Source of the DNA: Schmidtea nova
Taxonomy: Eukaryota
DNA length: 64,000 nt
NCBI GenBank assembly: GCA_044892505.1
Contig: CM097883.1
Location: 284,890,001-284,954,000, forward strand
Direction of reading: 5' to 3'
Numbering within the stretch: the stretch's first letter is position 1; each line of letters starts with the position of its first letter. Positions 1 to 12,799 of this stretch are shown here, piece after piece. A program made the translations under genes and the position numbers. The notes under the pieces were generated by a model. That model searched no databases and was not told where the DNA came from. It worked only from the letters and a program-made list of their open reading frames with translations.

Positions 1-1
1 T

Positions 2-151
2 GAAAATATTTTGAGTGATACAAAAATAAAGAAACCAAAATATAAAATAGGTGATCATGTTCGAATTAGTAAAATTAGTGCATCGCCATTCATTAAAAAT
101 TTTGATAGTAATTGGAATGATGAGGTATTTAAAATATCGAAAGTCAACACA
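2..151 (+). pseudogene. Polinton/Maverick retroviral-like integrase, C-terminal region, 5' piece (interrupted; starts before the window)
   Basis: Frame from base 2 reads ENILSDTKIKKPKYKIGDHVRISK...NWNDEVFKISKVNT, matching the Polinton integrase C-terminal motif KxKxGDxVRISK...NWxxEVF. It continues in frame at 43190 once the insertion and one TSD copy are removed. Confidence 0.85.
146..151. repeat. 6-bp target site duplication AACACA, left copy
   Basis: Identical AACACA at 43184-43189, immediately outside both TIR ends. 6-bp TSDs are typical of Polintons. Confidence 0.9.
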
Positions 152-1235
152 AATAGGCAGTTATGTGGAGCATGAGTCATCGCAGAACAAAGTAAATGAC
201 GCCACCCCCCCGGGGGGGTGAGAAAATTTTTTATGACTCATCGATGACGTCATCGATGACTCATCGATGACGTCATCGATGACTCATCCCGATGACTCAT
301 CGGCATGACTCATCGATGACGTCATCGATGACTCATTTCAAATTTGAATTTTATGACGTCATCGATGACTCATTTCAAATTCAAATTTTGAATTTGAATT
401 TCCAAAGGTCAAATAAGGTCAAACCTTCAAACAAGGGTATCATTCGAAAGGTCTTTGAGAGGTGCACACAATGGTCATACCCTCGAGGGTCTATGGTGTG
501 TCCTTAACCTTCAAAGGGTCAAAAACCTTCAGATTTTTCAAACCTTGTGTGTAATACATCATTCGAAAGGTAATACCGATGTGCACACAATGGTCATACC
601 TTCGAAGGTGTATGGTGTGTGCTCAACCTTCAAGGGGTCAAAATCCTTCAAATATTTTTAAACATTACAAGTTATATATCAAACAAAAGGTAATTGAGAT
701 TTGAGTATGATGGTCAACCCTCGAAGGTGGGTGGTCGACCCTTGAAGGGTCCAAGACTCAAAATTTTAAAAAATATATAATATATGTATCAAACAAAAGG
801 TAATTGAAGGGTGCACACAATGGTCATACCCTTAAAGGGTCCAAGGTTCAAATTTTTAAAACTATATAATATGTATATCAAACAAAAGGTAATTGTGAGA
901 TGAGTGTGTGTGTTACAATTTGCCAGACGAGTGTGTGTTACAAATCCTTATTCAAACCTTATAATATACATATCATTCGAAAGGTAATTATGGTGTGTGT
1001 GTGTTATAATTTTTTCTATTTCCTACCTGAATTACAACAAAGACATTGCAATCCATGTGCAACGAAACAAAGACTAATAAAACTTGTAATAATAATTTTT
1101 GCACACGTATCTTAGTGTTTAATAAGGATCACAGTACGCATTGAACGCGCGTGGAACGCGCGTTCTTCTCCTCTTGTTGTTTAAGACAAATAACAGTACG
1201 CATTGAACGCGCGTGGAACGCGCGTTCTTCTTCTC
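152..1235 (+). repeat. Left Polinton-type terminal inverted repeat (visible part, up to the N block)
   Basis: Reverse complement of 42119-43183 and of 53149-54225. Contains degenerate sub-repeats CACAATGGTCATACC and AACAAAAGGTAATTG, and ACGCATTGAACGCGCG units next to the N run. Confidence 0.9.
173..372. promoter_or_regulatory. Array of AP-1 (TGACTCA/TGAGTCA) and CRE (TGACGTCA) consensus sites in the TIR
   Basis: AP-1 at 173, 234, 257, 280, 293, 306, 329 and 366; CRE at 245, 268, 317 and 354. Similar arrays occur at ~42985-43165 and ~54050-54205. Confidence 0.6.
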
Positions 1236-1571
1236 NNNNNNNNNNNNNNNNNNNNNNNNNNNNNNNNNNNNNNNNNNNNNNNNNNNNNNNNNNNNNNNNN
1301 NNNNNNNNNNNNNNNNNNNNNNNNNNNNNNNNNNNNNNNNNNNNNNNNNNNNNNNNNNNNNNNNNNNNNNNNNNNNNNNNNNNNNNNNNNNNNNNNNNNN
1401 NNNNNNNNNNNNNNNNNNNNNNNNNNNNNNNNNNNNNNNNNNNNNNNNNNNNNNNNNNNNNNNNNNNNNNNNNNNNNNNNNNNNNNNNNNNNNNNTATAA
1501 AAATTCAAACAATCAAAAACTAAAATTGAAATTACTAAATTTTATTGAATATAACATTTATAAAATAACAA

Positions 1572-1988
1572 TTATGCATATCGTGCACTGTCAATTCTCC
1601 AAATTGGAGTTATAACATCTTTTGTATCGATTTTATATCCCTGAATGATTATGGTAATAAACCAATTTTCTTGATCCTTGTATTCGATAGATTGGAAAGC
1701 ATCATGGAAACGAGTTTTCCGGTTGTTGATCCATATAGTTTCCTTGCAACTTAAATTGTTATTGATTTTAAATAAAATTTTATTTAGTGCAACAACATCT
1801 TCTTTACATAGATTTGCAGCTAAATTGTCATACAATGACTTTGTTAATTTCACTGGATACGACAAACGAAACGGTATTTCTTGTACCAAGAAATAAATTT
1901 TGTAATCGTAATACATTTGCACTGGTTTCACTTCATTATTGATTTTTCTTTCTTCACTGATATCATAAGTTGATTTACGTGCTGGCAT
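1572..1988 (-). CDS. Foldback-arm hypothetical protein ORF138, left copy
   Basis: Intact 138-aa ORF with the same translation as 12800-13216. Upstream CCAAT and TATA-like motifs. A decayed homologue lies at 57289-57653. Confidence 0.7.
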   Translation of the reverse strand: MPARKSTYDISEERKINNEVKPVQMYYDYKIYFLVQEIPFRLSYPVKLTKSLYDNLAANLCKEDVVALNKILFKINNNLSCKETIWINNRKTRFHDAFQSIEYKDQENWFITIIIQGYKIDTKDVITPIWRIDSARYA

Positions 1989-2572
1989 TTTTGAAATTGT
2001 GACAATCTCTACTAAATGTCTTTGTATTTATAATGATGAGTAATACCTTTGCCCAATCAAAATGACGCATTCTAACTGCACATGTTATGCATGTCTTCAT
2101 ACATGTCTTTGTTGCAAGCATGTCGTTGTTGCAGGTATGTCTTTGTTGCATGTCTTTGTCGTGTGTTAATTATACATGTATGTTTATTTTGTTGAAACTG
2201 GTTATATAATACATGACTTTGTTGTAATTAATTGATGCATATGCATTTATTATTGAAATTGTCTTTATTTATAAAAATTACTATTAAACATAATTCATTT
2301 AAATAAAACTTATTTAAAACTTAATAAAAATTACTAGTAAACCTATTTCATTTCAAAAAAAAAACTAATTAAAAATTATTTTAAAATTATTTAAAAAATT
2401 TATTTAAAAACCGAATAAATAACTCATTAACAAAATAAAAAAAAACTGAAACAGAAAAAACTAAAATAACAATAATAAAAGATTTATTAAATAATAAAAT
2501 GTGAATACATAAAATGTGTCTACATAAAAAGAAAATACACAAATAAATAAAAACATATAACATTTATAATGT

Positions 2573-3247
2573 TTATTCTGCAATCTCTATATTTGAAAGC
2601 TTGCGATGGCATTGATCGCAATCAGGCGATTGAGGCGATTCAATACATTTGTTTTCGTCGGATTGATCCATAGCAGTCCAACAACCAAAAGATAATTGTA
2701 ATTCTGGCAATTCATCTAAATGATCAGGTGAATTATCGCAATCATGCGATTTATCGCAATCATGCGATTTATCGCAATCATGCGATTTATCCCAATCTGG
2801 CGATTTTTCATCATCCGACGCTTCGGGTGTTGAATTTGGCCATTGCTTTGGAATCTCGTCCTCCTCGTCAATTTTTTCCAATTTCTTGGAATCCATTTCA
2901 AATTGGTGGAGGGCGTTTCGTAACATCCAGACCCGATACTTCTGTATACGGTCCATACAATGGCCGCATTGGTATGCGCACAAGATGTGCTCCGCCATAT
3001 ATGGCATTTCACTGTCCCGATTAGTCAGATGATCCAGTAAGACCTGATGAATATCGATCCCAGTCAGGCATTGAATTTTGTAGGGAAAGAGCTCCGGTGC
3101 TGCATAGGTCAGCTTCGGCATCAGCATCGGATAGATTTCCTCAAGTTTACCGTAAAGTACGGAAATTAATTTCTCTAAAATGAAAAAATTATAAAAATGA
3201 AAAAATAGTAAACTTTAAAATTTACCATATTTCATTATCTCGGGCAT
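2573..3247 (-). CDS. Foldback-arm spliced protein (~207 aa), acidic with Cys/His and a (DKSHDC)x3 repeat, left copy
   Basis: 184-aa ORF 2573-3127 extended by a 51-nt GT-AG intron to an ATG at 3247; mirror image of 11541-12215. Confidence 0.6.
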
Positions 3248-3299
3248 TTTGTGATTGTGAATATAAATGATAGCAAAATGTTAATTGTATATATATATA

Positions 3300-6200
3300 C
3301 GATAGAAACACAAGGCATGTACAAAATATTACACACTGAACCAATCAGATTCGAGTATGCATAACATGTATTTATTATCGAAATATACATTGGACCAATC
3401 AGAATAGTGCATTAATATTGCAGATTTATTGCAATCATGAGTCACATGTTATTATAAAATCAACAAAGGCTTTATCTTCGATAATTTATTTTATATCGAT
3501 AATAATATTATCAACTATATTTAAATAATCCCTAGTTTTTAAACCTAATACAACTACTTTACCACTTGCAAATATACTAACACACATGTGGTTATATTTT
3601 ATATATCTCAAAGCTGGAAATATTTTCAGGTTCGTAAACACACTATTAATTTAGACTAATAATATGAATATCATCACACTGAGCAGGTAAATACATGACA
3701 AATTATCATACTATACAGATCATTACACAAATTATTTTTATACTAGAGTACAAATATATCAAAAATATATGAAATATATATATAAATGAAATATCAGAAC
3801 AAAGTATCTTTAAATACATCAAATATTATTATACTATTATGCAAACTACATACAAAATGTCATCATACTATAGTTTAATAACATAGTTTAATAACATAGA
3901 AAATCATTAAAAGTACACACAAAATATCTAAAATACATATAAATTCATCACACACACATATAAAATAACATTACATATATGAAATATTATTACACAAAAG
4001 GTTATCACATGAAAGAAATATCTACGTACTATTGAGAATCATACACACAAAATATATAGAAATTCATCACACACACACATGAAATATTATTACACAAAAG
4101 ATTATCACATGCACAAAATATTATCATACTATAATGCAAAATACACACAAAATATCATTACATGAAATATTATCACAAAGTAACGTTATATACATGAAAT
4201 ATCATCCGATACATGAAATTTCATCACAAAAAATCATCATACACACAAATTATATACAAAGTTTATCATAAATACTAGAAATACAGACAATAATAATCAT
4301 AAAAAGAAATATTATCACACTAGTGGAAATATATACACAAAAGCTTATCAGATGTACGAAATATTATTATTGTACCATAATGCAAAATACAAATAAAATG
4401 TCAAAATTAAAAGCATATACACAAAGTATTATCACATTATAGTGTAAAAACATTAGAAATACATACAAAATATATGAAATGTCATCACAAAATATCCAAG
4501 ATTCACAAAGAAAATATTAAAAATACAAACAAAAGATTATCATATTATTGTTTGATAACATAAAAATACATAGAAAATCATCAAAATACGTACAAGTATC
4601 ATTACATAGATAAACTATAATTATCACATACATGAAATATCTTCATAGAAAATATCAAAAGTACATAGAAATAAATCCTATACACAAAGGATATCATTAC
4701 ACATGTGAAATATCTTTACATACATAAAATGTCATCATGCTTTAATGCAAATACGGACAAGAAATATCTTCATGTTATAATGCAAATACACATAATATTA
4801 AAAGTTATATCATATACACACACAAAGGGTATCATACACATGAAAACTTGTCATGTTATAGTCAGTCAAATGAATGAAATATTATTATACTAGTGTAAAA
4901 TACATACATAATTTCAAAGAATGCATCATACAAAGGATATCATCACAATATATCATCATACTATAGTGCAATTACATAGATAATCATCAAAAAGATACAA
5001 AAATTAATCAAATTCACAACAATAATCATTAAAGAAATATCTACATACACAAAGAAAATCATATACACATACTTAGAAAATCATCATATACAAAATATCA
5101 AAAGTTCATTACACATACAAAATATAATCACATATATCATAAATCTATAATGTAACAGTAATAAATGTTCAAGTAATGAGCTTTTGCACATGAAAACCAT
5201 CACAAAAGATGTTATGCTTCTAGGGTTCTGATAGCAATGTTCTGTTCGCAATGTTCTGCTACTGTATAAAATTAATGAAAATTATATGAATGAAAATAAA
5301 TCTTTCAAACATTACAGTAAATTCTACTTTAAAATGAGATCGAATGCATGAAATGTCATCATACTATAGCGAAAATACATGAAAATATTCACAAAGTGAC
5401 ATTAGATACATCAAATATTATCTTACTAGTTTGATAACATTGAGAAAGAAAATATATAGAAATCATCAAAAATATACACACAAAATATTAAAAATAAGTC
5501 ATATGAAATCTCATCACAAAATACATAGATATTCATGACACACGTACAAAATATCAAAAATACAAACATACACAAAATATTATCACATTATAGTGCAACA
5601 ATATTAGAAATACATACAAAATATGAAATATATATGAAATGTCATCACAAAGTATCATTAAATACATAATATATCATCATGAAATATCATTACATACATG
5701 AAATATCATCCTTCTATAGTGCAATTACAAGAATATACCCACACAATATCAAAAATATATTGAAATTCATCAAAATACATAGAAATTCATCAAACAAGAA
5801 ATATGTACATAATAGTTGTCATTAAAAGTGTATCAGTAAATGTAATATGCTTTCACAATTAGTTTGTTACATTGATCGAAGCTCATATGATTAAGCTAAT
5901 GATTGTTATTTTAGTATATGTGTGAATAATAAACTTTTGCACATAAAAACCATCACAAAAGATGTTCTGTTACTAAAGGTTCTGCTAGCAATGGTCTGTT
6001 AGCAATGTTCTGCTACTGAATAAAATTGATGAAAATATAACAATAATGAATTATGAGTGAAAATAAATCTTTCAAACATTACAGTAGGTTCTACTTTAAA
6101 GTGAGAAAAACCAATAGATATTTTAAAAGCAATGTAGAAAATATTAATGGGTGAGAATATTAGAACAATTAATGTTGAATGAAGTTGAATTGTAACAGTA

Positions 6201-6975
6201 ATAATTAAATAAATGTTCGAGTAATAAGCTTTTGCAGATAAAAACCATCACAAAAGATGTTCTGCTACTAGTGTTCTGTTAGCAAGGTTTTGCTACTAGG
6301 GTTCTGATAGAAACGTTAGACTACTTATCATATTTCAAGTCTGAATTGTTGATATAAATCACTGTGACGCATGTTTAAAACACTTGTACTGTCATGTTAT
6401 GCATGTGTCATGCACTTGTATTGCAACTTGATTGCATTTGTATTGCAACTTGATTGCATTTGTATTGAAACTTAATTACACTTGTATTTCTTGTGTCATT
6501 CACTTGTGATATTCAAGAACATGTATATTTTCTTTCATTTTCCTTAAATATTAATCATTTTTACATAATTTAATTATTTTCAGAGTAAATTTAATACAAA
6601 ATAGTAAAGATATTGACAATTCCTGTATTTATTAAGCAATGATTTTGGATACTTTGTGATGATACAAAATGGTTGTAAAATGATAAAACATTATTTCCTC
6701 CGTAGAAGTGTATAAAACCATAAATTGATTCAAGGAAATATTCAATGGATTTGTCTAATAAGTTAAAAAAGTTGTATTTTAATCAAACTGTACATATTGA
6801 ATCATAGTTTTTAGAGTCAATTTCTTGCAAAAAACAAAGCGGATTTTCAAAATTCATGTTATAGTTCTAAATCAAACTTTAAAATTTAAAATACCACAAC
6901 GTAAAATATTTTTAAAGTACCACAACGTAATAAAAGTTGGTATATATCTATTAGAATTTTATAAGTAATTCATTT
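3300..6975. repeat. AT-rich degenerate low-complexity region of the left arm
   Basis: Recurring AAATATCATCACA and ATACATGAAATAT-like units; no credible ORF; mirrored at 7789-~11480. Confidence 0.65.
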
Positions 6976-7425
6976 GAGATAATAAATATATTACGTTAGT
7001 GGTAATTGCCAGATGTTTAAAAAACTCCAACATTAGAAAAAGTATCAAGCAAGTTAACCTTATTCCAAAAAAAAAAACATATTTATATACATGATAAGGT
7101 TTTTCTCTTCAAACTTTTGAATATTTTATAATTTCATTGGAAGATCAAAAAAAAAAAAATAAAATAAAATAAAATAAAATATGGCCTGAAATAATATATG
7201 AATTAACTCTATTATTTCGTCTCTTCATATTTTAAAATAGCCACAATATTATATATTCTCAATAGCTTTACTATAAATAATTTATTTATAAATATTCAAA
7301 ACGTTTTCCCGTTATTTACTTTATTTTTATTATTCAATAATTACTACAATAATAATCAAAAATTAAATCAGATGATATATAAATCTTATAATAAAAGTCA
7401 AAAACTCTTAAAATAATTTATTTCA

Positions 7426-7782
7426 TTAAAATTCTTTAGCTTCTCGCATTTGATTCATCAATTGTTCATTTTCAATTTTCAATTTTAGTATTTCTAAATT
7501 CTTTCTGCGAAGCTTCTGTATCATTCTTTCCTTTGATTCCCGGTAGAGATTGATCATTTTCTCTAGTTCCTCCATTCGACTCTTAATGTGAACCTTTGAA
7601 CCATTGACCTTTGGAATTTCATGACTTTTTCCTAATAAATGTAATAATATTAATAATAATTTTAGAAAAATAAGTATAATTTTACTTGAACTTTTAGAAC
7701 TTTCAGGTAGCGAACTTCCATGTACCGAGATTGATTCATTCTCTGCGTTATTATTATTATTGCTAGTTTGTTGACTGTTCAT
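7426..7782 (-). CDS. Loop gene of the foldback: ~100-aa coiled-coil protein after removal of a 54-nt in-frame intron (7632-7685)
   Basis: Only ORF in the unique 813-bp spacer 6976-7788. The apparent hydrophobic stretch coincides with gtaaaa...ttattag. C-terminal heptads LKIENEQLMNQM. Confidence 0.55.
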   Translation of the reverse strand: MNSQQTSNNNNNAENESISVHGSSLPESSKSSSKIILIFLKLLLILLHLLGKSHEIPKVNGSKVHIKSRMEELEKMINLYRESKERMIQKLRRKNLEILKLKIENEQLMNQMREAKEF

Positions 7783-7788
7783 TGTTTA

Positions 7789-10700
7789 AAATGAATTACT
7801 TATAAAATTCTAATAGATATATACCAACTTTTATTACGTTGTGGTACTTTAAAAATATTTTACGTTGTGGCATTTTAAATTTTAAAGTTTGATTTAGAAC
7901 TATAACATGAATTTTGAAAATCCGCTTTGTTTTTTGCAAGAAATTGACTCTAAAAACTATGATTCAATATGTACAGTTTGATTAAAATACAACTTTTTTA
8001 ACTTATTAGACAAATCCATTGAATATTTCCTTGAATCAATTTATGGTTTTATACACTTCTACGGAGGAAATAATGTTTTATCATTTTACAACCATTTTGT
8101 ATCATCACAAAGTATCCAAAATCATTGCTTAATAAATACAGGAATTGTCAATATCTTTACTATTTTGTATTAAATTTACTCTGAAAATAATTAAATTATG
8201 TAAAAATGATTAATATTTAAGGAAAATGAAAGAAAATATACATGTTCTTGAATATCACAAGTGAATGACACAAGAAATACAAGTGTAATTAAGTTTCAAT
8301 ACAAATGCAATCAAGTTGCAATACAAATGCAATCAAGTTGCAATACAAATGCAATCAAGTTGCAATACAAGTGCATGACACATGCATAACATGACAGTAC
8401 AAGTGTTTTAAACATGCGTCACAGTGATTTATATCAACAATTCAGACTTGAAATATGATAAGTAGTCTAACGTTTCTATCAGAACCCTAGTAGCAAAACC
8501 TTGCTAACAGAACACTAGTAGCAGAACATCTTTTGTGATGGTTTTTATCTGCAAAAGCTTATTACTCGAACATTTATTTAATTATTACTGTTACAATTCA
8601 ACTTCATTCAACATTAATTGTTCTAATATTCTCACCCATTAATATTTTCTACATTGCTTTTAAAATATCTATTGGTTTTTCTCACTTTAAAGTAGAACCT
8701 ACTGTAATGTTTGAAAGATTTATTTTCACTCATAATTCATTATTGTTATATTTTCATCAATTTTATTCAGTAGCAGAACATTGCTAACAGACCATTGCTA
8801 GCAGAACCTTTAGTAACAGAACATCTTTTGTGATGGTTTTTATGTGCAAAAGTTTATTATTCACACATATACTAAAATAACAATCATTAGCTTAATCATA
8901 TGAGCTTCGATCAATGTAACAAACTAATTGTGAAAGCATATTACATTTACTGATACACTTTTAATGACAACTATTATGTACATATTTCTTGTTTGATGAA
9001 TTTCTATGTATTTTGATGAATTTCAATATATTTTTGATATTGTGTGGGTATATTCTTGTAATTGCACTATAGAAGGATGATATTTCATGTATGTAATGAT
9101 ATTTCATGATGATATATTATGTATTTAATGATACTTTGTGATGACATTTCATATATATTTCATATTTTGTATGTATTTCTAATATTGTTGCACTATAATG
9201 TGATAATATTTTGTGTATGTTTGTATTTTTGATATTTTGTACGTGTGTCATGAATATCTATGTATTTTGTGATGAGATTTCATATGACTTATTTTTAATA
9301 TTTTGTGTGTATATTTTTGATGATTTCTATATATTTTCTTTCTCAATGTTATCAAACTAGTAAGATAATATTTGATGTATCTAATGTCACTTTGTGAATA
9401 TTTTCATGTATTTTCGCTATAGTATGATGACATTTCATGCATTCGATCTCATTTTAAAGTAGAATTTACTGTAATGTTTGAAAGATTTATTTTCATTCAT
9501 ATAATTTTCATTAATTTTATACAGTAGCAGAACATTGCGAACAGAACATTGCTATCAGAACCCTAGAAGCATAACATCTTTTGTGATGGTTTTCATGTGC
9601 AAAAGCTCATTACTTGAACATTTATTACTGTTACATTATAGATTTATGATATATGTGATTATATTTTGTATGTGTAATGAACTTTTGATATTTTGTATAT
9701 GATGATTTTCTAAGTATGTGTATATGATTTTCTTTGTGTATGTAGATATTTCTTTAATGATTATTGTTGTGAATTTGATTAATTTTTGTATCTTTTTGAT
9801 GATTATCTATGTAATTGCACTATAGTATGATGATATATTGTGATGATATCCTTTGTATGATGCATTCTTTGAAATTATGTATGTATTTTACACTAGTATG
9901 ATAATATTTCATTCATTTGACTGACTATAACATGACAACTTTTCATGTGTATGATACCCTTTGTGTGTGTATATGATATAACTTTTAATATTATGTGTAT
10001 TTGCATTATAACATGAAGATATTTCTTGTCCGTATTTGCATTAAAGCATGATGACATTTTATGTATGTAAAGATATTTCACATGTGTAATGATATCCTTT
10101 GTGTATAGGATTTATTTCTACGTACTTTTGATATTTTCTATGAAGATATTTCATGTATGTGATAATTATAGTTTATCTATGTAATGATACTTGTACGTAT
10201 TTTGATGATTTTCTACGTATTTTTATGTTATCAAACAATAATATGATAATCTTTTGTTTGTATTTTTAATATTTTCTTTGTGAATCTTGGATATTTTGTG
10301 ATGACATTTCATATATTTTGTATGTATTTCTAATGTTTTTACACTATAATGTGATAATACTTTGTGTATATGCTTTTAATTTTGACATTTTATTTGTATT
10401 TTGCATTATGGTACAATAATAATATTTCGTACATCTGATAAGCTTTTGTGTATATATTTCCACTAGTGTGATAATATTTCTTTTTATGATTATTATTGTC
10501 TGTATTTCTAGTATTTATGATAAACTTTGTATATAATTTGTGTGTATGATGATTTTTTGTGATGAAATTTCATGTATCGGATGATATTTCATGTATATAA
10601 CGTTACTTTGTGATAATATTTCATGTAATGATATTTTGTGTGTATTTTGCATTATAGTATGATAATATTTTGTGCATGTGATAATCTTTTGTGTAATAAT

Positions 10701-11480
10701 ATTTCATGTGTGTGTGTGTGATGAATTTCTATATATTTTGTGTGTATGATTCTCAATAGTACGTAGATATTTCTTTCATGTGATAACCTTTTGTGTAATA
10801 AAATTTCATATATGTAATGTTATTTTATATGTGTGTGTGATGAATTTATATGTATTTTAGATATTTTGTGTGTACTTTTAATGATTTTCTATGTTATTAA
10901 ACTATGTTATTAAACTATAGTATGATGACATTTTGTATGTAGTTTGCATAATAGTATAATAATATTTGATGTATTTAAAGATACTTTGTTCTGATATTTC
11001 ATTTATATATATATTTCATATATTTTTGATATATTTGTACTCTAGTATAAAAATAATTTGTGTAATGATCTGTATAGTATGATAATTTGTCATGTATTTA
11101 CCTGCTCAGTGTGATGATATTCATATTATTAGTCTAAATTAATAGTGTGTTTACGAACCTGAAAATATTTCCAGCTTTGAGATATATAAAATATAACCAC
11201 ATGTGTGTTAGTATATTTGCAAGTGGTAAAGTAGTTGTATTAGGTTTAAAAACTAGGGATTATTTAAATATAGTTGATAATATTATTATCGATATAAAAT
11301 AAATTATCGAAGATAAAGCCTTTGTTGATTTTATAATAACATGTGACTCATGATTGCAATAAATCTGCAATATTAATGCACTATTCTGATTGGTCCAATG
11401 TATATTTCGATAATAAATACATGTTATGCATACTCGAATCTGATTGGTTCAGTGTGTAATATTTTGTACATGCCTTGTGT
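7789..11480. repeat. AT-rich low-complexity region of the right arm (inverted copy of 3300-6975)
   Basis: Reverse complement of the left arm with small differences, e.g. three versus two copies of the unit CAATACAAATGCAATCAAGTTG near 8295-8365. Confidence 0.7.
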
Positions 11481-11540
11481 TTCTATCGTATATATATATA
11501 CAATTAACATTTTGCTATCATTTATATTCACAATCACAAA

Positions 11541-12215
11541 ATGCCCGAGATAATGAAATATGGTAAATTTTAAAGTTTACTATTTTTTCATTTTTATAAT
11601 TTTTTCATTTTAGAGAAATTAATTTCCGTACTTTACGGTAAACTTGAGGAAATCTATCCGATGCTGATGCCGAAGCTGACCTATGCAGCACCGGAGCTCT
11701 TTCCCTACAAAATTCAATGCCTGACTGGGATCGATATTCATCAGGTCTTACTGGATCATCTGGCTAATCGGGACAGTGAAATGCCATATATGGCGGAGCA
11801 CATCTTGTGCGCATACCAATGCGGCCATTGTATGGACCGTATACAGAAGTATCGGGTCTGGATGTTACGAAACGCCCTCCACCAATTTGAAATGGATTCC
11901 AAGAAATTGGAAAAAATTGACGAGGAGGACGAGATTCCAAAGCAATGGCCAAATTCAACACCCGAAGCGTCGGATGATGAAAAATCGCCAGATTGGGATA
12001 AATCGCATGATTGCGATAAATCGCATGATTGCGATAAATCGCATGATTGCGATAATTCACCTGATCATTTAGATGAATTGCCAGAATTACAATTATCTTT
12101 TGGTTGTTGGACTGCTATGGATCAATCCGACGAAAACAAATGTATTGAATCGCCTCAATCGCCTGATTGCGATCAATGCCATCGCAAGCTTTCAAATATA
12201 GAGATTGCAGAATAA
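11541..12215 (+). CDS. Foldback-arm spliced protein (~207 aa), right copy
   Basis: Exon 1 at 11541-11562 (MPEIMKY), intron 11563-11613 (gt...ttttag, 51 nt), exon 2 in frame with the 184-aa ORF. Differs from the left copy at HLANR versus HLTNR. Confidence 0.6.
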
Positions 12216-12799
12216 ACATTATAAATGTTATATGTTTTTATTTATTTGTGTATTTTCTTTTTATGTAGACACATTTTATGTATTCACATTTTATTATTTA
12301 ATAAATCTTTTATTATTGTTATTTTAGTTTTTTCTGTTTCAGTTTTTTTTTATTTTGTTAATGAGTTATTTATTCGGTTTTTAAATAAATTTTTTAAATA
12401 ATTTTAAAATAATTTTTAATTAGTTTTTTTTTTGAAATGAAATAGGTTTACTAGTAATTTTTATTAAGTTTTAAATAAGTTTTATTTAAATGAATTATGT
12501 TTAATAGTAATTTTTATAAATAAAGACAATTTCAATAATAAATGCATATGCATCAATTAATTACAACAAAGTCATGTATTATATAACCAGTTTCAACAAA
12601 ATAAACATACATGTATAATTAACACACGACAAAGACATGCAACAAAGACATACCTGCAACAACGACATGCTTGCAACAAAGACATGTATGAAGACATGCA
12701 TAACATGTGCAGTTAGAATGCGTCATTTTGATTGGGCAAAGGTATTACTCATCATTATAAATACAAAGACATTTAGTAGAGATTGTCACAATTTCAAAA

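Noticed and set aside
292-1115. Short ORFs inside the TIRs (and their copies at 42697-43066 and 53280-54130)
   Set aside because: They are translations of repeat units, have no coding signature, and recur only because the TIR is repeated.
1119-1615. ORFs made of X residues (also 41748-42235, 52449-53255 and 57632-57970)
   Set aside because: Artefacts of N blocks. The blocks fall at a similar position in each TIR-bearing end, probably an unresolved or masked repeat whose content cannot be read.
4705-4893. 62-aa ORF in the AT-rich filler and its mirror at 9893-10081
   Set aside because: GTG start, low-complexity DNA, no motif.
7632-7685. Transmembrane helix in the loop protein
   Set aside because: The segment has GT...AG ends, intron-like AT content and an in-frame length; it is better explained as an intron.
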